From the NCBI GenBank assembly GCA_037189525.1, contig JBBCJC010000005.1:1024001-1088000 (forward strand): a DNA stretch of 64,000 nt, read 5' to 3'. Origin of the DNA: Gemmatimonadales bacterium (GTDB lineage Bacteria > Gemmatimonadota > Gemmatimonadetes > Gemmatimonadales > GWC2-71-9). Shown in pieces: positions 22,059-31,109 of the stretch. Within the stretch, counting starts at the first letter, position 1; each line of letters opens with the position of its first letter. A program made the position numbers and the translations under genes. The notes beneath the pieces are model-generated. The model was not told the origin of the DNA. It saw nothing but the letters and a program-made list of their open reading frames with translations, and searched no databases.

Positions 22059-23222
22059 CTACGGGACAATCATGACCCCGGCTCGGCCGCCAAACGAATC
22101 CTCGGTGGTCGATAGCCCGGCAGGAACCTCCAACGACTGGCCATCGACGCGCAGATTGATCAGGTAGACTCCTGACATGAGCCTTAAATGAGCTTCCCAG
22201 CCCTCCGAGCGGCGAACCATGGGAACCGGTTGCCAGGCGGAAAAGTCGCCCACCAACTCCACCTGCACCGCGCTCGGATGGCGAACCCGGATCAGCTGTC
22301 CTTCGGGCAGGGCCTCGAGCTCGAAGCTGGCGACTCGGGCAGCGGGAGACACCGCCGTATCGCGACGCGCAGCGCGACGGCCGCGGTCGACCAACGACAG
22401 GCCGAACGACAACTGACGCGTAAACGGGAGGTAGACGCTGGGACCAGCCGGCGCTCGGCCGGCCGAGAAATGCACGCGGATACCGGCCCACGGTTCGACC
22501 GCCGCGCCGAGCTGCCACCCGCCCCGTCCCCCCGCGGCTCCGGCGCTGACCTCGGCGAGCGGCGAGCGCCGAATCATGCGACCGGACAACTCGAGCACCC
22601 CCAGCGAGAACTGTCCATCGACCAAAACATGGCTGAACGCCTTCGGCTTGCCCCCGGCGGGTGGGACCGGTGTCATCAGCGAGTCCCCAACCGGTAGGCT
22701 GCCTGCGCGATCGCGGGATCCACCAAGTCCGGCAAAGCGACCGAGTTCGCCGGCCAATCGCATCCGCCCGAGAATCAGCCGCGCAGTCGTGATGCCGCCG
22801 ACCGAGGAGCCCGGAGCTCCCACATACGCAGCAGCGCCCGCGCCAGCGCTGAATCCTCCGCGGCGGATCATCAGTCCCAACCCATTGAGCCACTCGCCGT
22901 CGAGACCACCGTGAAGTCGCCGTTCCAGAACCCCACGACCATCGACAAACGCAGCCAGCCCGCGCCCAACCCCACGCTCCCAGCGAACCGCACCGAACGC
23001 CTCGCCACTCCAGGAGCCGTGGGTCGCCGGCGCTCCCGATGCCGAGAGGTCGAGCAGCATCGACGGCCGCTCGCTGCGGAGCTGGCCACCCAGCCAGACC
23101 GCCGGCCCGTTCCAGCCCCAGGCACGATCCAGCAACCGGGTACGTGCCGTCAGCGCGACCTCGTCCTGCGCAGCGAGAGGAGCCACACCGAGGAGGATCG
23201 CCAGCAGCACCCGGGTCCTCAT
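22059..23222 (-). CDS. Exported beta-rich protein with C-terminal CBM48/AMPK-type glycogen-binding domain
   Basis: Signal peptide; VELVGDFSAWQPVPM...GVYLINLRVDG...DSFGG. Confidence 0.75.
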   Translation of the reverse strand: MRTRVLLAILLGVAPLAAQDEVALTARTRLLDRAWGWNGPAVWLGGQLRSERPSMLLDLSASGAPATHGSWSGEAFGAVRWERGVGRGLAAFVDGRGVLERRLHGGLDGEWLNGLGLMIRRGGFSAGAGAAAYVGAPGSSVGGITTARLILGRMRLAGELGRFAGLGGSRDRAGSLPVGDSLMTPVPPAGGKPKAFSHVLVDGQFSLGVLELSGRMIRRSPLAEVSAGAAGGRGGWQLGAAVEPWAGIRVHFSAGRAPAGPSVYLPFTRQLSFGLSLVDRGRRAARRDTAVSPAARVASFELEALPEGQLIRVRHPSAVQVELVGDFSAWQPVPMVRRSEGWEAHLRLMSGVYLINLRVDGQSLEVPAGLSTTEDSFGGRAGVMIVP

Positions 23223-23821
23223 GGCAGGCCCCGATTGACCGTCAGGCGAGTCACTTCGGCGCGGACCGTCGGCAGTACGCCGGCGCCGTCCCGCACCGCC
23301 GCGGCCACCTGATCGCGCAACGACAGAAATCCGGCATCGGACAAACGCGCCGAAAAGAGGCGACCCAAGGCATCGGTGGCTTCGTCGGGCGGCCACCCCT
23401 TGCCCAGCAACTCCGCAGCAACCGCGACCGGCACAGCCACCCCTCGTCCTCCCGCCGACCGATGGACTTGGGCCAGGTGTGCCTCGTTGCCGCCCGATCG
23501 AAGCCAGAGCACGCCGGCCTGCAGTTCCTCAGCCGACGCACCTGCCCCGAGCCCGCGCCGGGCCCGCGCCAGGTCGCCCAAGAGCGCAGCAACCGCGGCC
23601 GCGATCCGATCGCCGGTGGCGCCCTTGGTCTGGCCTTCGAGAGCTTTCTGGATCAGCGGCTCGGTGGGCAACCCGATCCGGCGGGCGGAATCGGTCAGTT
23701 GATCCACTGCCCGGACAGTGACGGCATCGAGCCGGCTTCGCAGCCGGGGATCCTGCGCTTCGAGCCGAGCCGAGCAGGCCACAACCAGCACGATCAGCGC
23801 GCCAATCAATCGCGTCGTCAT
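23219..23821 (-). CDS. Hypothetical exported helical protein
   Basis: Signal peptide; ARRIGLPTEPLIQKALEGQTKG; coupled to both neighbours; paralog at 63391-63963. Confidence 0.7.
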   Translation of the reverse strand: MTTRLIGALIVLVVACSARLEAQDPRLRSRLDAVTVRAVDQLTDSARRIGLPTEPLIQKALEGQTKGATGDRIAAAVAALLGDLARARRGLGAGASAEELQAGVLWLRSGGNEAHLAQVHRSAGGRGVAVPVAVAAELLGKGWPPDEATDALGRLFSARLSDAGFLSLRDQVAAAVRDGAGVLPTVRAEVTRLTVNRGLP

Positions 23822-24282
23822 TGGACCGTCACCATCGAAACCGACTGGCCATAGTCACTGTCGACCGAGAACGGTTGCTGCGGATCGGCTAGCCAGCGCC
23901 GCCCGTCGACGAGAAACGCGTAGTGATAGACGCCGCCGGCCAACACGACCCGGGCACTCCATCGGGTGCCATCCGCGCTACGCATCAGGGGCGTCCTGGC
24001 CCGATCCCAATCGTTGAAATCGCCGACGACGGTTACCGCGGAGGCCGCCGGGAGATCGATGGCAAACTCGACCTCGGTGCCGGGCGCCGGCGCGCGCAGC
24101 AGCTGCGCAGCGCCGGCCAGTGCAAGCGCGACCACACCGAGCCCTGCCCCGAACCCAGCCCACCGGCGACGCCGCACCGAGCGGCGGACGGCACCGAGTA
24201 CCCGCCGGTCGAAGTCCGCGTCGCTTCCGGCCGACGAACGGAGTTCGGCCGAGACGCGCTCGAGCCACTGTTGATCGCTCAT
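23818..24282 (-). CDS. Putative anti-sigma factor: TM helix + CBM48-like domain
   Basis: DFDRRVL, TM segment, VTVVGDFNDW...GVYHYAFLVDGRRWLADP; overlaps the sigma stop. Confidence 0.75.
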   Translation of the reverse strand: MSDQQWLERVSAELRSSAGSDADFDRRVLGAVRRSVRRRRWAGFGAGLGVVALALAGAAQLLRAPAPGTEVEFAIDLPAASAVTVVGDFNDWDRARTPLMRSADGTRWSARVVLAGGVYHYAFLVDGRRWLADPQQPFSVDSDYGQSVSMVTVQ

Positions 24283-24809
24283 ACGGACTCTCCCAGCAGA
24301 TCGCGCATCCGCCCGCAGGCACGGCTGACGCGCATCTTGAGTGCCGCGACCGACGCCCCCGTGATGGCGCTCATCTCGTGATAGCTCAGATCGTCGACGT
24401 GCTTGAGCAGGAACGCCTCCCTTTGCTCCGCGGTGAGCAGCGCGACGGCACGGTCGATCTCCTCGCGCCACGCCGCGCCCGCCGCCGGATGCGGTATCCC
24501 GACCTCCGCGGCCTGCTGCAGCCCGGAGATCCTGAGCCGCCACCAGCGCCGCCGGCGCGCCGCCGTCCGACACCGATTGACCACGATACGGTAGCTCCAG
24601 GCTCCGAATCGCTCCGGCTCGCACTGGGCCAGCGCCCGATGGACCCGCACGAAGGCGTCCTGGACAGCCTCCTCCGCATCTTCGTGCGAACCAAGCATAT
24701 GCCTGGCGTATCGGAGGAACCGGTCCCGATAGCGCGCGACGAGGACGGCAAAGGCGTCGAGGTCGCCTCGTCGGGCCTGGAGTACCAGGTCCACGTCAGA
24801 GGACGCCAC
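24279..24809 (-). CDS. ECF sigma factor (sigma-24-like)
   Basis: ARRGDLDAF, DAEEAVQDAFVR, WSYRIVVNRC, LSYHEMSAITG; probable GTG start. Confidence 0.92.
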   Translation of the reverse strand: MASSDVDLVLQARRGDLDAFAVLVARYRDRFLRYARHMLGSHEDAEEAVQDAFVRVHRALAQCEPERFGAWSYRIVVNRCRTAARRRRWWRLRISGLQQAAEVGIPHPAAGAAWREEIDRAVALLTAEQREAFLLKHVDDLSYHEMSAITGASVAALKMRVSRACGRMRDLLGESV

Positions 24810-24818
24810 ATGAGAGGT

Positions 24819-24872
24819 GACCCGCCGATCGGCGCAAAGGTAACGCGTGACCTCGGGGCCGGCGCTCGGGTC
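24819..24872. promoter_or_regulatory. Back-to-back ECF-type promoters GCGT(T/G)ACC-N16-GGTCA
   Basis: Minus: GTTACC (24839-44)-16-GGTC; plus: GTGACC (24847-52)-16-GGTC. Confidence 0.55.
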
Positions 24873-24926
24873 AATAGGGACGGACCGCATCGGTCGCTTT
24901 CGATGACGACGACACTGGAGCTTCCC

Positions 24927-25640
24927 ATGGCGACACCCCGCTCGCGAATTACCCTTGCCACCGCCCTCATCCTGCTCGGCGCCTGCACCGATCGCATCAC
25001 GGAACCCGGTCCTCCCGGGTCGACCGCCGAACTCCGCATCGTCCACGTCCGCCAGGGGGTGGGTACGGTCGATGTCGAAGTGGACGGACAGGTCGCGATC
25101 CGCGGAGTGGCCTACGGCTCCAGTTCCTCCGCGGTCCTGGTCAAAAGCGGCGCCCGGCGCCTGACGATCCGGGCAAACGGCGGGGTCGTCGGCACCCTCG
25201 ATGCGAATCTCGACTCCGAACGTCTCAACCATCTGGTTGTCGCGACTCGCGGTCCGCAACTGAGTTCGCGCGTGGAACCAGACACCACCTGGAGCAACGG
25301 CGAATCCGGATCGACCAATCCCAATCGCGCCTACGTGCGCATGATCGAAGTCGCCACCGACAATTCCGCTCCCCCCGTTCAGTTGCAGGCGCTGCTCGTG
25401 GCCCCCGGTACCCGGGCCGACTCGGTGATGCGCTTCGGGATCGACGCCACCGTCGGCCGGCACGGCAGTCTGATGGCCTTCGACCCCGGCACCTTTTTCT
25501 GGAAGTACGTCGCCGCCGGAACGTCGGCCCCGGTGCTCGCTGAAGCCACCTTCGACATCGCCGGAGGCCAGACCAAGGCCATCGTCCTGAGCCGGCGGCC
25601 CGGCGGGGAATACCAGGTCGACGTCGTGACCGAGCCCTAA
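24927..25640 (+). CDS. DUF4397-like lipoprotein
   Basis: GGAG RBS; lipobox LLGAC; AELRIVH...VDVEVDG...GVAYG. Confidence 0.7.
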   Translation: MATPRSRITLATALILLGACTDRITEPGPPGSTAELRIVHVRQGVGTVDVEVDGQVAIRGVAYGSSSSAVLVKSGARRLTIRANGGVVGTLDANLDSERLNHLVVATRGPQLSSRVEPDTTWSNGESGSTNPNRAYVRMIEVATDNSAPPVQLQALLVAPGTRADSVMRFGIDATVGRHGSLMAFDPGTFFWKYVAAGTSAPVLAEATFDIAGGQTKAIVLSRRPGGEYQVDVVTEP

Positions 25641-25791
25641 AACTTCCCACGTCCCAACTTGCGACCCCCTTCCCTAGTGGAGCATCCAATGCTTGATATA
25701 CTTAGGGAGGTAGGGGCCCCTCAGGATGAGCGCCGCAGCCCCGACCGGCCCAGATCATCCGCCGGCGCACTATTTGGGACGTGGAACGCCT

Positions 25792-27396
25792 ATGTCCGTA
25801 CGTTCGTTGAATTGGCTCAAGTTCGGTGGCCTGGTGGCCTTTGCCTTCGTCATTGGCCTGCTGTTCGCCAGCCTCCTCGATGTTCCAACGACCAGCCTCG
25901 CCCAGGAGCGAAAACCAGTCACGGGCGAAGTCATTCAAGCCTCCAACCCTCAGTCCGCTGAACGGGTCGCCAACAGCTCGTCGGCCGCGTCGCTGATCAC
26001 CCTTTCCGATGCCTTTGCCGACGTGGCGGAAACGGTCCGGCCGAGTGTCGTGTACATCCGGGCCCGGCGGACCGAACGGGTCATCGATCAGCGCCGGGTG
26101 CCGCAGGGATTCGAGGAGTTTTTCGGGGTCCCCCGCAACCGGGGCCGTAACGAGCCGCAGGTCGAAACCGGATCGGGCTCGGGATTCGTCGTCTCGAAAG
26201 ACGGCTACATCCTGACCAATAACCACGTCGTCGATGGCGCCGACCAGGTCATGGTTCGGATGCTCGACCGGCGGGAATACCCGGCCAAGGTCATCGGGAC
26301 CGATCCGACCACCGACGTCGCCGTGATCAAGATCGAAGCCGCCCGCGGCACCACGCTCCGCCCGGTCCAGCTGGGTTCGAGCACCCGCTCCCGGGTCGGC
26401 GAGTGGGTCCTGGCCGTCGGGAACCCGCTCTCGGAGAACCTGAGCTTCACGGTCACCTCCGGCATCATCAGCGCCAAGGGGCGCGGTCAGTTGCCGCTGC
26501 CCGGCTGGTCCGAACGCTCGATCCAGGACTTCATCCAGACCGATGCGGCCATCAACCGTGGCAACAGCGGCGGCCCGCTGCTCAACGTCCGCGGCGAAGT
26601 GATCGGGATCAACTCCGCGATCTTCAGCCCGACCGGTGTCAGCGCCGGGTACGCCTTTGCGATTCCGATCGACCTGGCGCGCCAGGTGATGGACCAGCTG
26701 ATCTCCAAGGGTAAGGTCGAGCGCGCCGCACTCGGCGTGACGGTCACCGATGCGTCGCCGGAGGACGCGGAGTGGGCCGGACTCGACGGCGTCTACGGCG
26801 CCAAGATCAACGATTTCCCGCCCAACTCCCCCGCGCGGAACGCCGGGCTGCAACAGGGCGACATCGTGATCGGCATCGAAGGTCAGCGGGTCGAGTACGT
26901 GGCCCAGCTGCAGCAGCTGGTGGGCTTCCGGCGGGCCGGTGAATCGGTCAAAGTCGAGGTCGCGCGGAAGGGTGGTACCCGTCGCACCTTCGACGTCCGG
27001 CTGATCGGTCAGGACGCCACCGCGCCCGAAACCCAGGTCGCGGGTGGTACCGCCGAGCCCGGCAACAATGCCTCCTCGGTGCTGCGCGACCGGCTCGGGA
27101 TCAACGGCTCGGCCCTGTCGAGCGAGATGGCCCAGCAGCTCCGGCTGCCCGCGACGGCCAAGGGTGTCGTGGTCGAGTCGGTCGACCCCTATGGTCCGGC
27201 GGATGGCCTGCTGATCAGCGGCGGTCTGATCAACATCATTACGGCGGTCGAAGACAAGTCGGTCGGGACCGAGGCCGAGTTGAGCACGGTGCTCCGGTCC
27301 TACCCGCCGGGCACGGTGGTGTCGCTCAACGTGCTGCAGTACGGTCGGGGCGACGAACGGCCGACCACCAGGATCGTTCGGATCCGGCTCAAGTAG
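25792..27396 (+). CDS. degP: DegP/HtrA serine protease with two PDZ domains
   Basis: GSGSGF, LTNNHVV, DVAVIKI, QTDAAINRGNSGGPL. Confidence 0.93.
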   Translation: MSVRSLNWLKFGGLVAFAFVIGLLFASLLDVPTTSLAQERKPVTGEVIQASNPQSAERVANSSSAASLITLSDAFADVAETVRPSVVYIRARRTERVIDQRRVPQGFEEFFGVPRNRGRNEPQVETGSGSGFVVSKDGYILTNNHVVDGADQVMVRMLDRREYPAKVIGTDPTTDVAVIKIEAARGTTLRPVQLGSSTRSRVGEWVLAVGNPLSENLSFTVTSGIISAKGRGQLPLPGWSERSIQDFIQTDAAINRGNSGGPLLNVRGEVIGINSAIFSPTGVSAGYAFAIPIDLARQVMDQLISKGKVERAALGVTVTDASPEDAEWAGLDGVYGAKINDFPPNSPARNAGLQQGDIVIGIEGQRVEYVAQLQQLVGFRRAGESVKVEVARKGGTRRTFDVRLIGQDATAPETQVAGGTAEPGNNASSVLRDRLGINGSALSSEMAQQLRLPATAKGVVVESVDPYGPADGLLISGGLINIITAVEDKSVGTEAELSTVLRSYPPGTVVSLNVLQYGRGDERPTTRIVRIRLK

Positions 27397-27484
27397 CCCC
27401 CGGACCAACGGCAAAGAGGGCAGCTCGGCGATGCCGGGCTGCCCTCTTCGTTTTCTCCCCGAGCCGGACGACGCCGGCGCCGGC

Positions 27485-27841
27485 TTACTTCGGCTTGGCG
27501 ACCGGAATGCCGTTGGCCGAGGCCACCGAGTCCCAGAAGTTCCAGCCCCAACCGGCCAGCTTGCCGTTCACGACCACGAGCGGCGACATCTTGCGGTCCT
27601 CGAGATCCTCGGGATCGGTCTTGCCGATCCGGGGATAGAACATCGTCTCGATGTACTGCCCCTGGTAGAGGTAGGGATCGGTGCGCTTGGGCGCGACCCC
27701 ACCCATGACAGCCGAGGCGCTGTCCTTGGAAATGCCGACAGTCAGATCCTTCAGGCGGCGGTCACCCCGCTCGCATCCAATCATCGTCACCACTGCCACC
27801 GCGACCAGCGCTCGAACGGACCACCGGACTGTGATGCGCAT
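27485..27841 (-). CDS. Small hypothetical lipoprotein (BamE/DUF3192-like fold possible)
   Basis: Lipobox MIGC; LTVGISKDSASAVMG...PLVVVNGKLAGWG. Confidence 0.65.
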   Translation of the reverse strand: MRITVRWSVRALVAVAVVTMIGCERGDRRLKDLTVGISKDSASAVMGGVAPKRTDPYLYQGQYIETMFYPRIGKTDPEDLEDRKMSPLVVVNGKLAGWGWNFWDSVASANGIPVAKPK

Positions 27842-27976
27842 CACCATTTCCAACGTTGGAAGTCGAAGTCGAACAACCACTTACAGGGCGATGAATCTAA
27901 CACCACCCTCAAGCTTTCCTAGTCCGAGCCGATCCTTGAGGAGATTACGCGCATCCATCACCCTGGATGGGATCTC

Positions 27977-28351
27977 ATGGCTCTGGAACTCAACAGCTCC
28001 CGCACGATCATCGATGCGAACATCCTCGATGGCTATCGGACCCTGCAGAGCGAGAGCGATCCCGACATCGTGACCGAGCTGATCGACATGTTCCTTGCCG
28101 ACCTATCGTCCCGCGTGGCAGTGCTGCGCCAGGCAGTGGAGATGGGTGAAGCCGTAGCCGCTCAACGCGCCGCGCATGCGCTCAAGGGCGCGGCCGCTAC
28201 GCTGGGCGCGACCGGGCTGGCCGGCATGTGCAACGAGATTGAGGTCACGGCGCGAACCGGAACCGTGGCAACCGCCGTGGAACTGCTGGATGAGGTAGCC
28301 GCCGAAAGCGAGCGATGCCGAACCGCCCTGCTCCAACATCGCCGGAGCTGA
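27977..28351 (+). CDS. Stand-alone Hpt phosphotransfer protein
   Basis: ELIDMFL...AAHALKGAAATLGA...CNEIE. Confidence 0.9.
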   Translation: MALELNSSRTIIDANILDGYRTLQSESDPDIVTELIDMFLADLSSRVAVLRQAVEMGEAVAAQRAAHALKGAAATLGATGLAGMCNEIEVTARTGTVATAVELLDEVAAESERCRTALLQHRRS

Positions 28352-28449
28352 ACGAGCCTCCCGGTCTTCGAGTTTTTCGCGAAGGTTGCAGGGCGAAACG
28401 ACCTCTCGCGGACACTCATCAAAGCTTGTACTGTTCGAAGACACATCTC

Positions 28450-28531
28450 GCGAACGTGGCGAAACTGGCAGACGCGCAGGACTTAGGATCCTGTCCTTTA
28501 CGGGGTGCGGGTTCAACTCCCGCCGTTCGCA
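28450..28531 (+). tRNA. tRNA-Leu(TAG)
   Basis: Acceptor GCGAACG/CGTTCGC; anticodon arm CAGGA-CTTAGGA-TCCTG; long variable arm; GGTTCAACTCC; CCA not encoded. Confidence 0.95.
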
Positions 28532-28600
28532 TCGCCGGGCCCTTCTCGCCGCATAACGAAGACAGATTACGAAGCAGGATTCCTCGTCCGGAGGTGACCA

Positions 28601-28885
28601 TTGGACGCGTTTGCTGAGGGAATCGGAGCATTCGGTACCACGGTGTTTCGGCTGGCAGCCGTTGCCTTCCTGGTGCTCAACGGGGCGGCCATAACCGCGG
28701 TATTCCTGACCCGTAACCGGGAGCTGGTCAATCGCTGGACCGGACGGGTTCTTGCCGCCAACCTCTTGTTGCTGGGTGTCGGGCTCGGGACGCCGGCCGT
28801 GACCTTCTGCCTCAAGATGGTGGTTCAAGCGGTGAGCAGCAGTCAGCCGACCCCCGCCGCGGCCCGAGAGGCACTCGACCCCTGA
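28601..28885 (+). CDS. Small hypothetical membrane protein
   Basis: GGAGG RBS before TTG; two hydrophobic segments. Confidence 0.6.
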   Translation: MDAFAEGIGAFGTTVFRLAAVAFLVLNGAAITAVFLTRNRELVNRWTGRVLAANLLLLGVGLGTPAVTFCLKMVVQAVSSSQPTPAAAREALDP

Positions 28886-28967
28886 CCGGCAGCTCCCGGG
28901 CCTGACCCGGAAAGCCCGACCAAGTGGCCCCCCCGGCCCGGGCCCTGTCCCATTATGTTTCCGGGCT

Positions 28968-30215
28968 ATGTCCGACATCACTATCGTAAAGACGGCCGAA
29001 GACGCGGCCTCCAAAGCATTTCAAGTCACGGTACCGGTCGAGCGGGTCAAGGCCGCCGAGGATCGGGCCGTCGTCCAGTACAGCCGGCAGGTTCGCCTTC
29101 CCGGTTTCCGCCAGGGCAAGGCCCCGCTGGCCGTAGTGCGGAAGCGGTTCGGCGAGGCGATCAAGCAGTACGTGGTCGAGGAAGTGCTCCGCGAAAGCTG
29201 GGAGCAGGCTCGTACTACGGAAGACCTCAAGCCGATTGCCGATCCGAGTGTCCGGAACCTCAAGTTCGAAGAGGGCCAGCCGGTCGAGTTCGAGCTGCAG
29301 GTCGAGGTACGGCCCGAGATCAAGGTCGAGCAGTTGAGCGGCTTCTCGGTCCAGCGCACCGTGGCGCCGGTCAGCGACGACATGGTCAACGAGCAGCTCG
29401 ACCAGCTCCGCGAGAGCAAGGCGGCGTGGCTCCCGGTCGAGGATACCGCCCCGGTCGAGGGCAACATGGTCCGCGTGGAAGTCGCCGCGCTCGAAGACGG
29501 CGAGCGGAAGCCGGCCCAGCCCTACACCATCGTGATCGGACAGGGCCAGGCGCTCCCGGCGCTCGAGGAGCAGATCCTCAAGCTCAAGCCCGGCGAGTCG
29601 GCCGAGACCGAGATTCGTTTTCCCGACGATCATCCGGACGAATCACGCCGCGGACAGGCGCGCAGCGTGCATATCACCGTACATGAGGTCAAGCGCCAGG
29701 AACTGCCCGAGCTCGACGACGCGTTTGCCAAGTCCGTCGGCGATTTCGACGATGTCGCGGCCCTGAAGGCGGCGGTGCGCACCGACCTGGAACGGTCGGC
29801 CGAGCGCGAAGCGGATCAGGGTGTTCGCGAAGCATTGATCGAGCAGGTCGTCAGCCGCAACAATATCGAAGCACCGCGTTCGATGGTCGACCGCGCGCTG
29901 CACGCCTACCTGCACGCGTACAACATTCCGCACGAGCAGGAAGAGCGCTTCTACGGCGAGTTCCGCCCGGTGGCCGAGCGTCAGGTCCGGCGTGAACTGG
30001 CGCTGGGCGCCATCGCCGAGGCCAACAAGCTGTTTGCCAATGAAGCGGAGATGGACGAGCGGATCAAAGCGCTGGCCGATGCGCGCGGCGTGTCGTTCGG
30101 CGAAGTGTATGGACAGCTCGAAAAGGCCAAGCGTCTGGGCGAACTCGAGCGCAGCATCACGGAAGACAAGGTGTTTGCCTTCCTGATCGGTCAATCCACC
30201 ATCGACAAGGGTTGA
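28968..30215 (+). CDS. tig: Trigger factor
   Basis: [10 protein letters not shown] ribosome-binding motif, FKBP-like domain, [11 protein letters not shown]; precedes clpP. Confidence 0.95.
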   Translation: MSDITIVKTAEDAASKAFQVTVPVERVKAAEDRAVVQYSRQVRLPGFRQGKAPLAVVRKRFGEAIKQYVVEEVLRESWEQARTTEDLKPIADPSVRNLKFEEGQPVEFELQVEVRPEIKVEQLSGFSVQRTVAPVSDDMVNEQLDQLRESKAAWLPVEDTAPVEGNMVRVEVAALEDGERKPAQPYTIVIGQGQALPALEEQILKLKPGESAETEIRFPDDHPDESRRGQARSVHITVHEVKRQELPELDDAFAKSVGDFDDVAALKAAVRTDLERSAEREADQGVREALIEQVVSRNNIEAPRSMVDRALHAYLHAYNIPHEQEERFYGEFRPVAERQVRRELALGAIAEANKLFANEAEMDERIKALADARGVSFGEVYGQLEKAKRLGELERSITEDKVFAFLIGQSTIDKG

Positions 30216-30217
30216 GC

Positions 30218-30835
30218 ATGAGCACGACCATGCTGTATCCCCCGTATATCATCGAGCGCTCGCCCCGCGGCGAGCGGAGCTACGATATCTTCTCGCGGCT
30301 CCTGATGGATCGGATCGTCTTTCTGGGCGCCCCGATCAATGACGATGTTGCCAACATCATCATTGCGCAACTGCTCTTTCTCGACGCCGACAATCCCGAG
30401 AAAGACATCTACATGTACATCAACTCGCCGGGCGGTCACGTCCACAGCGGCATCGCGATCTACGACACGATGCAGCATCTGCGGGCGCCGGTGAATACGA
30501 TCTGCATGGGGATGGCGGCCTCGATGGGCGCGTTCCTGCTCGCCACCGGCACCAAGGGCAAGCGGGCTGCGCTGCCGCACGCCCGGATCATGATCCACCA
30601 GCCCTCGGGCGGCTCTCAAGGTACTGCGGCCGATATCGAGATTGCGGCGCGGGAGATCCTGCATACCCGGCATACGATGAACCGCCTGTTTGCCAAGCAC
30701 ACCGGGCAGCCGATCGAAGTGATCGAGCGCGACTCGGACCGCGACCGGTACATGTCAGCCGAAGAGGCCAAGGCGTACGGGATTATCGATCAGATCTTCG
30801 AGCCTCGCGCGGGGTCGACGCCGGACGCTCGATAG
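30218..30835 (+). CDS. clpP: ClpP protease proteolytic subunit
   Basis: [27 protein letters not shown]. Confidence 0.98.
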   Translation: MSTTMLYPPYIIERSPRGERSYDIFSRLLMDRIVFLGAPINDDVANIIIAQLLFLDADNPEKDIYMYINSPGGHVHSGIAIYDTMQHLRAPVNTICMGMAASMGAFLLATGTKGKRAALPHARIMIHQPSGGSQGTAADIEIAAREILHTRHTMNRLFAKHTGQPIEVIERDSDRDRYMSAEEAKAYGIIDQIFEPRAGSTPDAR

Positions 30836-30857
30836 CTCCGCTCTCAACAGCAGATCA

Positions 30858-30893
30858 GAGGCCCGGCAGAGCTCACGCTCTGCCGGGCTTTTG
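30858..30893 (+). terminator. Intrinsic terminator after clpP
   Basis: GGCCCGGCAGAGC-TCAC-GCTCTGCCGGGCTTTT. Confidence 0.85.
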
Positions 30894-31109
30894 TTCTTGC
30901 TACGCACCCCAAGCATCAACCACGACAGCTCCTCTCGTTACCGCGTAGCACACGTAGTGGCAAGGTCCTGCCGAACGACGCCATCACAATCCCATTTATA
31001 GCCTTACTGCCTCTTGACGCTCGGCGCAGCAAGCCGTAGCGTGAAAAATGCGAATCTAGCGTCGTGGGGCTTCCGCAGCCCACCTGGCACCGTGACCTCC
31101 GAGGACTCT

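Noticed and set aside
28450..28600. tRNA-Leu as an integration site for the Rhs island
   Set aside because: No integrase and no duplicated tRNA 3' end seen; the island is 2.3 kb away, beyond tig-clpP
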